NCBI RefSeq assembly: GCF_006345805.1
Contig: NW_021827513.1
Location: 1-28,567 of the forward strand
Reading direction: 5' to 3'
Source of the DNA: Octopus sinensis
Lineage: Eukaryota
DNA length: 28,567 bases
The notes beneath the pieces were generated by a model. It ran no database searches, was not told the DNA's origin, and saw nothing but the letters and a program-made list of their open reading frames with translations. Shown here piece after piece: positions 1 to 10,464 of the stretch (positions are counted from its first letter, which is position 1; each line of letters begins with the position of its first letter). The position numbers and the translations under genes are program-made.

Positions 1-293
1 AGAACTCCTAAATTTGTTGGTGAGATAAAGGCCATGATTGACAGGCGTCATCGGAAACAGCTGTAAGGGATAATGATCAATTTGTTGCTCATAATAAACT
101 TTTATTAACTTCAATATCTCCATTTCTTATTCTTCATCTATATAATTATTAAACATGGTTCTTTTATGCCGAAGCCTACGTTTTTATGGATACTAATTCC
201 CCCACCAAAATATTAGGTATTTAACCGCTATTTCCTTGGTTCACACCCTCCCTCTATGACGCTGACATAATCTCTAATTGAATTATAATATTT

Positions 294-326
<33 letters not shown>

Positions 327-390
327 ATATATTTTTATATGCATATACATACATGTGTGCGCGTCTCTGTGTGTGTGAGAGAGAGAGAGA

Positions 391-765
391 CAGAGTTTGG
401 TAAGAAGCTTGCTTTGTAACCACATACTTCCGAGTTCGATCCCATTGCGTGACATTGAGGCCAAGTTTCTTCTGCTACGGCCTCGATCCGACCTATGACT
501 TGTCATTTGGTAGATGGAAACTAAAAGCTTATCGTATAAATATATATATATATGGGGGTCGGTCCTCACCACCGCTTGACAACCGGTGGTGGCTTGTTTA
601 CGTCCCCATAACTTAGCGGTTCGGCATAACAATGGGTAAAATATGTACGAAGCATAAACACTAGATAAGTACTGGGTTCGATTAGTTCGACCGGAGCACT
701 TCAAGGCAGTGCTCCAGCACGGCCGCAGTCCAGTGACTAAAACAAGTAAAGATAAAGAGTAAAAT
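391..765 (+). mobile_element. tRNA-derived SINE with CORE-like central domain (octopus OR-type), with internal (TA)n
   Basis: B-box-like GAGTTCGATCCC, CORE-like TGCGTGACATTGAGGCCAAGTTTCTT, internal TA tract, and 3' tail ending GGCAGTGCTCCAGCACGGCCGCAGTCCAGTGACTAAAACAAGTAAAGATAAAG. Homologous to 8995-9350 and to the reverse complement of 23370-23829. Confidence 0.8.
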
Positions 766-777
766 ATCTATTTGCGT

Positions 778-882
778 GTATGTTTATATGTATATATATA
801 TATATATGTGTGTGTGTATTATAGTATATATAACATATGTACATATATTTTTACACACTCACATACTCACACACACATAGAT

Positions 883-918
<36 letters not shown>

Positions 919-950
919 TATACATATATACATATGTATACATGTATGTA
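778..950. repeat. Compound (TA)n/(CA)n/(TG)n microsatellite
   Basis: Directly visible dinucleotide runs. Confidence 0.95.
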
Positions 951-1436
951 TCTATGTGTTCACAGAAAAAGAGAGGGAAGGTGGGAGTGACAGATACATA
1001 CAAACTACATAAACACCTAACTCTGATACACAAAAAGACCCTTGTTTGTGACTGAAGTATGCTAACGGCGTTCGTAAAGCGAAGTATCATCTTTCCATAA
1101 TGGCCATTAATGATTCTCTAATCACTTCTCAAGATGTGGGCAGTCGGTGTATTATCCTTCTCATGTGTAAAGGTACTTTTTCACAACTTACTCTGCCAAA
1201 GAAACAGTACCACGACTGTCCACTTATCACTTCCCCGCCAACTGAAATCTAATTTTGATCGATGGTTCTTCTTTCATTGAAGTATATTTAATTTCGATGG
1301 AGAAGATGTCGTTCACTGAACAAATAAACAACAACACAAATATAAAAAAAAAATTGATATATAAAACTGAAAACTCTTGTAACAATAGTCCATGTATTAA
1401 TAATTGCGGTTTAAATTTTGGTATACTTGATGTTTA

Positions 1437-1745
1437 CGTAAGTAGTAGTAGTAGTAGTAGTGGTGGTGGTGGTGGTGGTGGTGGTAAAGTTTATGGTGAT
1501 GGTAGTGGTAGCAGTAGTATTAGTGGTGGTGGTAGAGTAGTAGTAGTAGTGGTGGTGCTAGAGATAGTGGTAATAGTATTAGTAGAAGTAGTAGTAGTAG
1601 TAGCAGTGTCGTGGTGATGGTGGTGGTTGTGGCGGTTGTAGTTATGGTGCTTGTAGTAGTAGTAGTAGTAGTAGTACTTGTGGTGGTGATGGTGGTTGTG
1701 GTAGTGGTGGTGGTGGTGGTGTGGTGGTGGTGGTGGTGATGGTAG
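1437..1745. repeat. Degenerate (GTA)n/(GGT)n trinucleotide mosaic
   Basis: Visible runs; explains the poly-S/G/V/H/T ORFs 1255-1617 and 1491-1832. Confidence 0.95.
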
Positions 1746-2123
1746 ATATATAGTATCTAAGACTGCATTATCCAACAACCTTTCCACCACCATTGCCTTC
1801 AGCCAGGCATTTTTAAAGACAATAACATGCAAACTTGAGGGCGATAGGTTACCGTTCCTAGCAGATCAATCGCGCACAACTTCATTAGCTCGGCATAAAT
1901 GGTGTTCTTCTTACTATTGTTGCTGTTGTTTGTTTATAGTCCTAGCTTAAACCAGACAGAGTAGAACTATAATAAAAAGCGTTCCAACCGTGACTCTTCC
2001 GTTCGGTTTTCAGTAATAGTATATCAAAAATTTCATTTTCGAAATGTGCCCTTCTTTTAATCTGTTAGGGTGTGATTTTAGGTCACAGCTGTATCTTTCT
2101 ATCTAGCAATGTATATATTATGC

Positions 2124-2190
2124 ATGTATGTATGTATGTATGTATGTATGTATGTATGTATGTATGTATGTATGTATGTATATATGTATG
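2124..2190. repeat. (TATG)n microsatellite
   Basis: Visible tetranucleotide run. Confidence 0.95.
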
Positions 2191-2195
2191 CATCC

Positions 2196-2633
2196 ATACA
2201 AAATGGGACAAGAACGCAAAACATCCGGACAGCTAGATGATACAAAATAGAGACAACAAAACATCCAGATAAAAGATCCAAAGAAAACAAGGACGAGTCA
2301 TTCGAGTCGAGTACCAGATTATCTTCGCAATTTCGGCTGATTATACTTGAGATTGCTCCAATCTGGCCAGCTCCAAGGAAAAACTAAGCTAAGAGCATTG
2401 TATACATTCGCTACTTTCTTCCAAGGAATCTAATGCTCTTAGCTTAGTTCTCCCTTGGGGCTGGCCAGATTGGAACAATCAGCTGAAATTGCGAGGATAA
2501 TCTGGTGCTTGACCGAGGATAGAGGGCTTCGAATGACCCATCCTTTGTTTTCTTCGTATCGTCTATGTGGATGTTTTGTTGTCCTCTTTTGTATCAGATA
2601 ACTGTCCAGATGTTTTGCGTTCTGTCCCATTTG

Positions 2634-2636
<3 letters not shown>
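2196..2636. mobile_element. ~440-bp fold-back (palindromic) element
   Basis: Left arm ATACAAAATGGGACAAGAACGCAAAACATCCGGACAG... is the near reverse complement of right arm ...CTGTCCAGATGTTTTGCGTTCTGTCCCATTTGTAT. The arms converge on AAGCTAAGAGCATT / AATGCTCTTAGCTT around a ~30-nt spacer (2401-2430). Confidence 0.85.
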
Positions 2637-2639
<3 letters not shown>

Positions 2640-2682
<43 letters not shown>

Positions 2683-2733
2683 GATATATAGATAGAGAGA
2701 GAGAGGAGATGAGAGAGATGGGGAGAGAGAGAG

Positions 2734-2773
<40 letters not shown>

Positions 2774-2798
2774 GGATAGATTAGATAGATAGAGAGAG

Positions 2799-2836
<38 letters not shown>

Positions 2837-2845
2837 GAGAGAGAT
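2640..2845. repeat. Compound (TA)n/(GA)n/(GATA)n microsatellite
   Basis: Visible runs. Confidence 0.95.
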
Positions 2846-2883
2846 ATGTAAGCGTGTATGTAACTATTACAGCTGTTGTTCAC

Positions 2884-3030
2884 AGCAGTACTTTTGCAAC
2901 CTGTGGTAAGGAGTGTCTTTCTGTTGGCGGATTGAAAAGGCATGTCAAAAGAGTTCATACCGTAGCACCTGTTCCTCCTGTCAGCAGGTACAGCTGTGCA
3001 TTATGCAATATAATGTGCAAATATTTAACC
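2884..3030 (+). pseudogene. Degenerate C2H2-type zinc-finger coding remnant, probably the C-terminus of a LINE ORF2
   Basis: Translates STFATCGKECLSVGGLKRHVKRVH...YSCALCNIMCKYLT. The first finger lacks one Cys, the second lacks the His pair, and there is no TGEKP linker or upstream coding context. Confidence 0.5.
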
Positions 3031-3197
3031 GAGGATATGGGCCTCAGATTGCGTCATCAACGACTCATTTCAATGGCTCTTTCTAGGAATGGCTTTGCTC
3101 GTGTAGGAGAAAGCAGCTGCTCTACATATTACGACACATCTAGTACTGAGACGACCGATGAGGCAGAGCACAATAAGACAACCCACAAATGGCGATT

Positions 3198-3363
3198 ATA
3201 ATGATGATGATGATGATGATGAGATGGTAAGGATCAGTTCATGAGTACCATCATCTCTGGTCTTACCGAACGCAGATATATTATCATAATCATCATCATC
3301 CTCATCATCATCATCGTCATCACTACCAACAAGAACAGCAGCAACGATAAAAACGATATAAGT

Positions 3364-3425
<62 letters not shown>
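3198..3425. repeat. (ATG)/(CAT)/(CTA) trinucleotide mosaic
   Basis: Visible runs; explains the poly-Y/I/V/D ORFs. Confidence 0.9.
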
Positions 3426-3426
<1 letters not shown>

Positions 3427-3920
3427 TACTTCCTTATGCCTATCGCAGGATTTTCTTTTTACCAGAAGTTCTGACTCAACTTTCCGCCTGACCAAGCAAG
3501 ACAGAAAATTAAAAGAAATACATACTCATATATATATATATACATATACATATATATACGTATACATACATATATATATTACGAAATAAAACAGGACAAA
3601 TATATATTAAAGATAATTAAAGTAATATGCAGTTCTCACTTTAATTACTGTGGAGCCGATATAATGAAAAAATATATATACATATATAATAATTAAACTC
3701 GGCCATGTGACTGTATGTGTGTGTGTGTGTGTGTTTGTAAGGAAGATTGCTCAACCACGATCAAGGAAGTTTAACTTATGATAAACAGTGGAACATTATT
3801 AGTCATAAGCTATTCCAAGATCAGATATGCTGAGTTTTTGATAACAGGAAACAGTTTTAATTAATTAATAAATTTATATATTTATTTATTAACAAAAATT
3901 AAATTAAAGTATAAACGAAA

Positions 3921-3941
3921 TCATCATCATCATCATCATCA

Positions 3942-3999
<58 letters not shown>
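3921..3999. repeat. (ATC)n(ATT)n microsatellite
   Basis: Visible run. Confidence 0.95.
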
Positions 4000-5080
4000 G
4001 AAGCAAACTAGTTCGACTTGGTTTTTCATCCTTTCGGGATCGATAAATTAAGTACCAGTTGCGTACTAGGGGTGATCTAATCGACTGGCCCCCTCCCAAA
4101 GATTGCGGGCGTTGTGTATGGAGTAGAAAAGATTATTATTATTATTATGAAGGAAAGGAGCAAAATCGTTCGGTCAATAGGCAAATTGTTTAGCGGCATT
4201 TTGTTCGTCGTAATGTTCTGAGTTCAAATTCCGCCGAGGTCGACTTTACCTTTCGTCCTTTCGGGGTCAATAAATTAAGTACCAGTGAAATACTGGGGTC
4301 GGTTTAATCGACTAGATCCCCCTCCCGCACAAAATTTCACGCCTTGTGCCTTTAGTTAAAAGGATTATTATTATAATGAAGGAAACGAACAACGTGATGC
4401 GCTGGCACAAAATGTTTAGCACCCCGGGTGAAATGCTAAGCTGTATTTCGTCTGTATTTACCTTCTAATTTCAAATTCTTCCGGAGTTGACTTTGCCTTT
4501 GTGTGTTGATGTCAATGTAATCGACTTATAGCCGTACCCAAAATTGCAGGCCTGGTGCCAAATTTTGAAGCCTTAATTTTTATTATGAAGAAAACAAGGC
4601 CTCGAGCTGGCCGAATCGTTAGCACGGTGGACAAAATACTTAATGGTGTTTCGTCCGTCTACACGTTCTTAGATCAAAATTCTGTCGATGTCCTCTTTGT
4701 CTTTTGTCCTTTCGGGTCGATAAATTAAGTACCAGTGAAACACTTGGGTCGATTAAATCGACTAGTTCCCCACCACCACCACCACAACCATCACTACCAA
4801 ATTTCAGGCCTTTTGCCTATAGTAGAAAGCATTATTATTAAAGAAACGAGCAACGCGATGCGACGATGCGCTGGCAAATCCTGGGGCAAAATGTATGGCG
4901 GCATTTCATCTGTCTTTACGTTCTGATTTCAAATTCTTCCGTAGTCGACTTTGCCTTTCGTCCTTCGAGGTCAATAAAATAAGTACCAGGCTTTGTGCTT
5001 CTAGCAGAAATGAGCATTAAAGAAACGTTCATATAACGTCGAGGTCTACTTTACCTTTCATTCCTTTCAAGGTCGATAAA
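4000..5080 (+). mobile_element. Cluster of ~6 diverged same-orientation tRNA-SINE copies (Meta/MESC-like core) separated by (ATT)n
   Basis: Recurrent core GTCGACTTTGCCTTTCATCCTTTCGGGGTCGATAAATTAAGTACCAG near 4010, 4240, 4485, 4685, 4945 and 5045. B-box-like GAGTTCAAATTCC at ~4221. Tails of the type ...GCCTTGTGCCT...AGGATTATT. Confidence 0.8.
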
Positions 5081-5424
5081 GTAAGGCAGTTTTCATTGTA
5101 CTGGTGGCATTGTAAGGAAGAGAAACAGAGTCGATCTTTAGGGGGATTTAAAATCAAAAGTGATCCCTGAAGAAATGTTGTTAGACGTATTGACCGACGT
5201 GCAAAAAATTCTACAAGTTCGTCGTATATCGTGTATAATTAGCTAGGGGTCAATTTGGTTGTTATATCTAGCAAGTCGAACGACCGCATATGAATGCCAT
5301 TTATTAAACTGAGTATGATTTGTACCTATGACAGGGGATAATTTCACTACTATTTCTAGCAAAATAAACAACCACCAGTGAGTTTTCTCTTGTTTTCTCC
5401 CATAACTTCTACAAAATGTATTAA

Positions 5425-6013
5425 TTTCTTTATTGCCCACACGGAGCTAAACATAGATAAGACAAGCAAGGACAGAAAAGAGATTAAGTCGATTACATCG
5501 ATCCCAGTGCGTAACTGGTACTTATTTAATCGACCCAGAAAGGATGAAAAGCAAAGTCGACCTCGGCGGAATACGAGCTCAGAACATAGCGGCAGATGAA
5601 ATACCTATTTTTTTACTACCCACAAGGGGCTAAGCACAGAGGGTACAAACAAGGACAGACATAGGTATTAAGTCGATTACATCGACCCCAGTACGTAACT
5701 GGTACTTAATTTATCGACCCCGAAATGATGAAAGGCAAAGTCGACCTCCGCGGAATATGAGCTCAGAACGTAGCGGCAGATGAAATACCTATTTTTTTTA
5801 CTACCCACAAGGGGCTAAGCACAGAGGGTACAAACAAGGACAGACATAGGTATTAAGTCGATTACATCGACCCCAGTACGTAACTAGTACTTAATTTATA
5901 GACCCCGAAAATTCGACCTCGGCAGAATTTGAACTCAGAATTTGAACTCAGACAGACGAAATACGGCTACGCATTTCGTCCGGCGCACTAACGTTTCTGC
6001 CAGCTCGCCGCCT
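5425..6013 (-). mobile_element. tRNA-SINE concatemer: one head plus three ~184-bp body units
   Basis: CCCAC(A)...GCTAA anchor at 5436, 5619 and 5804. Head TGCCAGCTCGCCGCC ends ~6012. Confidence 0.9.
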
Positions 6014-7222
6014 TTCAAAACAATATGTATTGAAAAAGAAACACTGCCTTGGCGGAGAACAGAATAAATTTCAATCAGATTTAAATTAAAAAGTGGTTCG
6101 AGAGAGACTCGAAAGCGTTTGCTCTACACAAAAACCGACAGTCATTTTTTCATACGTATCGTGGTTAACGACATATTACAAGGTTTCTATGGCGGCTGAT
6201 GAAACCAAAGTTCTTAAGGTCGCCAAACTTTATTTTCGTGGGACTGCTGAAACATTTATAAATTCTATATATTTATTTCACATTTCAAATGTTACTGTTC
6301 ACATCTGGGACGTAATCGCTTCGCCTTCTCATGTCATTAAATATCGTATCCCCGTCAAGCCACACCTTCTCTTTCTCTCTCTCTCTCTCTTTCTGTACAT
6401 ATGTAAGTATATATATATATTAGGTATATTCATACATAGATACATGTGTATGTAAATGTACATACACATACATATATATACTCATACAGAGATGCATATA
6501 CACATATGTATATGTGCATAAACACACATACACAAACATTTATATATATATATACACACAGCTATATATACATATATACACACACATATACATACACACA
6601 TATAGATACACACACATATATGCATGCACATACATATATATGTATATGTATATATATCGACGTTTGTCTAAAAATACATATGTGTGTGTATGTGTCTATG
6701 TGTGTGTGTGTGTGTGTGATAGCGTTTTTTTTTTAGTTATTTATTCTCTATCATATTCACACATTAACCTTATATTTCGTTGACTAATTCACATGAGGCT
6801 TATTTACATTCATACATACATGCACAAATACATGCATATTCACACATACACACACACATATTTGTGTATAGAGTGGTGGGAGTGTGGACAATTAGTGGAG
6901 GGAGTGAAAGGAGGAGGAATTGTTGTAAGAATGGCAGGAGCTAACTATGGTGTAGTATACATAGTTACATGGGAGCATATCTGGAGTGCATACATACACA
7001 CCCATACCCACACACTCATATACACACACACACATATATATATATGTGTATGTGTGTGTATGTGTCTATAACTACAATTAAAACTGAAGAATTTCGCTGA
7101 CGTTACGAAGAGTTTCGCCTTACGGTTGTTGCGTTGAGCTTTATATAAAAGCCCGTTATTTGAGACTCGTAATAATGTACACCGCTCTTCTTATCAATGC
7201 TGAATGCAATGAGTACGTTTTG

Positions 7223-7286
<64 letters not shown>

Positions 7287-7443
7287 ATATATATATATAA
7301 ATAAGTGTAAATATGTATGTATGTGTATTGTATGTGTGTGTGTGTGTGCGTGTGGTGTTGTACACGCAGAGTGAGAAAGAGGAATATGGAGGGAAGGAAG
7401 GAGGAAGAGAGGAGAAACAGATAAATAGGTAGATAGAGACATG

Positions 7444-7474
<31 letters not shown>

Positions 7475-7561
7475 TTAATAGCCACGCAGGGCCGAATACA
7501 GAGGAGACAATATTTGGGTGAATTTGTCTTTTTCGGAATCGATCAAAATTGAAGGAAAACC

Positions 7562-8705
7562 TTTTTTTTTTTTTGACGTTTAAACAGGGAAATAACACAA
7601 AAGTCGTTGTTATTCATTAGAGTTCCCAATAGGGGGAAGAAATGTAACATTAGCTAGGTTTATCCGTGGAAAGAAATACCTACGAAAAAGAACCACTGTA
7701 ACCTCGGAAACGAAAAGGAAAACATTAACATGAGAACAAGACGCCCTTTCTCTCTGTTTTATAGGTTCTTGCTCAAGGTGGTTCCGTCACTTATTCGAAC
7801 CATCCTTGCCACACTCACCCATCATTTGTTGAACCTTTCATTAGACAAAACTTCCCTCTCTGTTCTCACCTTCGTTTTCAAGTGATACTTGAAAAAGTTG
7901 ATGAGAGGTTGGCCAGAGAGGAAAGTGTTTGTCTCTAATCCTTTTGCAAGTCTACCACACACATTCTTTCACCATAGCCACCGGTACAATGAAAACTGCC
8001 CTGCTATCCTGGTTACAGGAAGGTGGCGTGGAAATTTTCACGAGACACTTGGCCGATAACCGAATTCGTCTCACACATGGCAACAGCCATTTGCCATAAC
8101 CCCACAGGTCTGAAATGGTTGGACATTCCACGAGTGCGTGCAGAACGGTTTCCTCGCTCTGACCGCATCTCGGGCAAGTCGGTCGGGCATTTCTTTTAAC
8201 CGTGCATGTAGAGCTAATCCCAAACGGGCAATACTTCCCGACAGCACATTCATGCCAGGAATCTTTGGAAATTTTCCATAGGTCCCGCCCCGAAAGTGGT
8301 CCTGAAGAAGCAGACCAGGTATTCCTCGTCGGCGTCCAGCGTCTTCCCAAAAACGCCGCCGCACCTCCCCTAGATACTCTATAGAACGCCTTTGAGAAAC
8401 TGAAGTCGCACAAGTTTGATCCTGGAGGGCAGACTTGCTAGAGAGCATGGCGACACTCGCGGTGCCATTCGCCCGGACTCGGTCTCTGTTTCATCCATGA
8501 TAGCAGTTCGGTCAAAGAGACGTGCTGCGGGAAAGCGCGTCTCACAAACTGTGACGTACACCTGTTCACCGTCGTCTATGAAGCGCTAGAGATGTTGCAC
8601 TCTCAGCGCATGTCTGCGCATCATTCACGACGGCATGCTCAGCCCTCCATTTAGCGGATGTTTGCAGCAAATGGATCACCTGACCATCGGAACGCTTCCC
8701 TTACA
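7562..8705 (-). mobile_element. 5'-truncated Tx1/L1-clade LINE 3' end (post-RT region, CCHC zinc finger, 3' UTR, poly(A)); pseudogenised
   Basis: Minus strand reads KGSVPMVR*SICCKHPLNGGLSMPS*MMRRHALRVQHL, then CPRCGQSEETVLHALVECP (~8176-8120; zf-RVT-type CxxC...H...C), then KGLETNTFLSGQPLINFFKYHLKTKVR...NL* after a frameshift. A 13-nt A tail lies at 7562-7574 (T run on +). Confidence 0.85.
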
Positions 8706-8869
8706 CAAAAAGTGAAAGAATATGTATTCCAGTTTTGTGATGGTAGGGTCCGAACAGATATACAGCCGGACAGAAGGTAGATAGATACAGGACGCACGCT
8801 TGATTGCAACCATAAACATATGTGGGCCTATCAGTGTGAAAAAAACAGTGTATATATATAATATATAAT

Positions 8870-8942
<73 letters not shown>

Positions 8943-8994
8943 CGTATAACTATTATTTATCTATCTATCTATATATTTATCTATCTATCTATAT

Positions 8995-9346
8995 ATTGCC
9001 TGTGTAGTAAGACGGTTGCTTCCAACCACAGGGATCCGGTTTCATTCCCACTGCGTGACGCCTCGGCCGTGTGTCTTCAACCACAGCCTCGAGCTGTGCA
9101 AAACCTGTGAGTGGATTTGGTAGAGGGAAACGGAAAGGGGCCCGTAGTACTTGTAATATTTATATTGTGTGTGTGTGCGTGTGTTTACGCCCCTGTGACT
9201 TACCGCTGCAGCAGAAGAAACCGCGAGAATAGGAACCAAACTGAAAATATGATTGCCGGGGACGTTTCATTTGACAAACATTTATTGAAGTCGGTGCCCC
9301 AGTGTGGCCACAGTTAATGACTGAAGCTTATAAAAGATGAAAGATA

Positions 9347-9350
<4 letters not shown>
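8995..9350 (+). mobile_element. Diverged CORE-like tRNA SINE (OR-type)
   Basis: CCCACTGCGTGACGCCTCGGCCGTGTGTCTTC...GTGAGTGGATTTGGTAGAGGGAAAC and tail GTCGGTGCCCCAGTGTGGCCACAGTTAATGACTGAAG; homologous to 391-765. Confidence 0.75.
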
Positions 9351-9393
<43 letters not shown>

Positions 9394-9566
9394 CATTATA
9401 TATATATCGCCATACTAATATGGCAGTCTTATAAATATAGACTAAAGCTGTCGCTGATTAGCTCCAAGAGGCCACCGCCTCAAGCTAGCTATTTGACACA
9501 CGAAACTGCGTCCATTACAAACATTCGAACAAGGGAGGTCAGCCGCTTCATCCTGCCAGTCAGACA

Positions 9567-9609
9567 GCTACAGACATGTTTCCGGGTTGTTGCCCCTTAT
9601 CAATGCAGC
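9567..9609 (-). ncRNA. Minimal type I hammerhead ribozyme, U3:A8 variant (copy with a stem II closing mismatch)
   Basis: Reverse complement reads GCTGCA-TTGATAA-GGGG-CAACAA-CCCG-GAAA-CATG-TC-TGTAGC. Confidence 0.7.
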
Positions 9610-10092
9610 GTAGTCAGACTTGCAGGTGTCGCTACTGATCGTCCCAGTTCGAAGGCTTTATTTACTTAGTTTCAGTGGAATACATCCACTTGTTTTCAAT
9701 AATAGAAATATTAAAATTACTAAGTCTCTCTAAAGAAGATTACGGCAGCGTTACAGGAAATTAATAGTTATCGCCATACTAATATGGCAGTCTTATAAAT
9801 ATAAGACTAAAGCTGTCGCTGATTAGCTCCAAGAGGCCACCGCCTCAAGCTAGCTATTTGACACACGAACCTGCGTCCATTACAAACCTTCGAACAAGGG
9901 AGGTCAGCCGCTTCATCCTGCCAGTCAGACAGCTACAGGCATGTTTCAGTAACGCTGCCGTAATCTCCTTTAGAGAGACTTAGTAATTTTAATATTTCTA
10001 TTATTGAAAACAAGTGGATTATTCCACTGAAACTAGGTAAATAAAGCCTTCGAACTGGGACGATCAGTAGCGACACCTGCAAGTCTGACTAC

Positions 10093-10135
10093 GCTGCATT
10101 GATAAGGGGCAACAACCCTGAAACATGTCTGTAGC
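10093..10135 (+). ncRNA. Minimal type I hammerhead ribozyme, U3:A8 variant
   Basis: Stem I GCTGCA/TGTAGC, core TTGATAA (10099-10105), stem II GGGG/CCCT with CAACAA loop, GAAA (10120-10123), palindromic stem III ACATGT, and GUC triplet with predicted cleavage after C10129. Confidence 0.8.
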
Positions 10136-10366
10136 TGTCTGACTGGCAGGATGAAGCGGCTGACCTCCCTTGTTCGAAGGTTTTTAATGGACGCAGGTTC
10201 GCGTGTCAAATAGCTAGCTTGAGGCGGTGGCCTCTTGGAGCTAATCAGCGACCGCTTTAGTCTTATATTTATAAGACTGCCATATTAGTATGGCGATATA
10301 ACTATTAATTTCCAGTAACGCTGCCGTAATCTCCATCTTTAGAGAGACTTAGTATTTTAATATTTC

Positions 10367-10411
<45 letters not shown>

Positions 10412-10464
10412 ATATATATAGATATATATATATATATATGAATATATATATATATATGTATATC

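Larger units (their letters stand above)
9406..10371. mobile_element. Tandem plus inverted array of a ~365-bp hammerhead-ribozyme-bearing unit (retrozyme / Penelope pLTR-like)
   Basis: ATCGCCATACTAAT starts at 9406 and 9770 (period 364). Inversion at 9947/9948. The inverted block repeats AGTAACGCTGCCG at 9948 and 10314 (period 366). Flanked by (TA)n on both sides. Confidence 0.85.

Noticed and set aside
1-100. RTPKFVGEIKAMID at the window start, reminiscent of a Tc1/mariner transposase N-terminal region
   Set aside because: Only 14 residues, based on recall, with the frame closing at 64-66 and no TIR visible. Insufficient without upstream sequence.
1040-1180. Open frame LKYANGVRKAKYHLSIM...CK followed by GGTAC as a possible exon
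   Set aside because: Weak acceptor, no recognisable domain, and an open frame of this length is expected by chance.
6190-6230. CTGATGAAACC...GGTCGCCAAAC as a hammerhead
   Set aside because: GAAA is interrupted and there is no coherent stem I or III.
7095-7195. Minus-strand CCGTAAGGCGAAAC and TTGATAAG motifs resembling HHR halves
   Set aside because: The halves are too far apart and lack matching helices; at most a heavily decayed relic.
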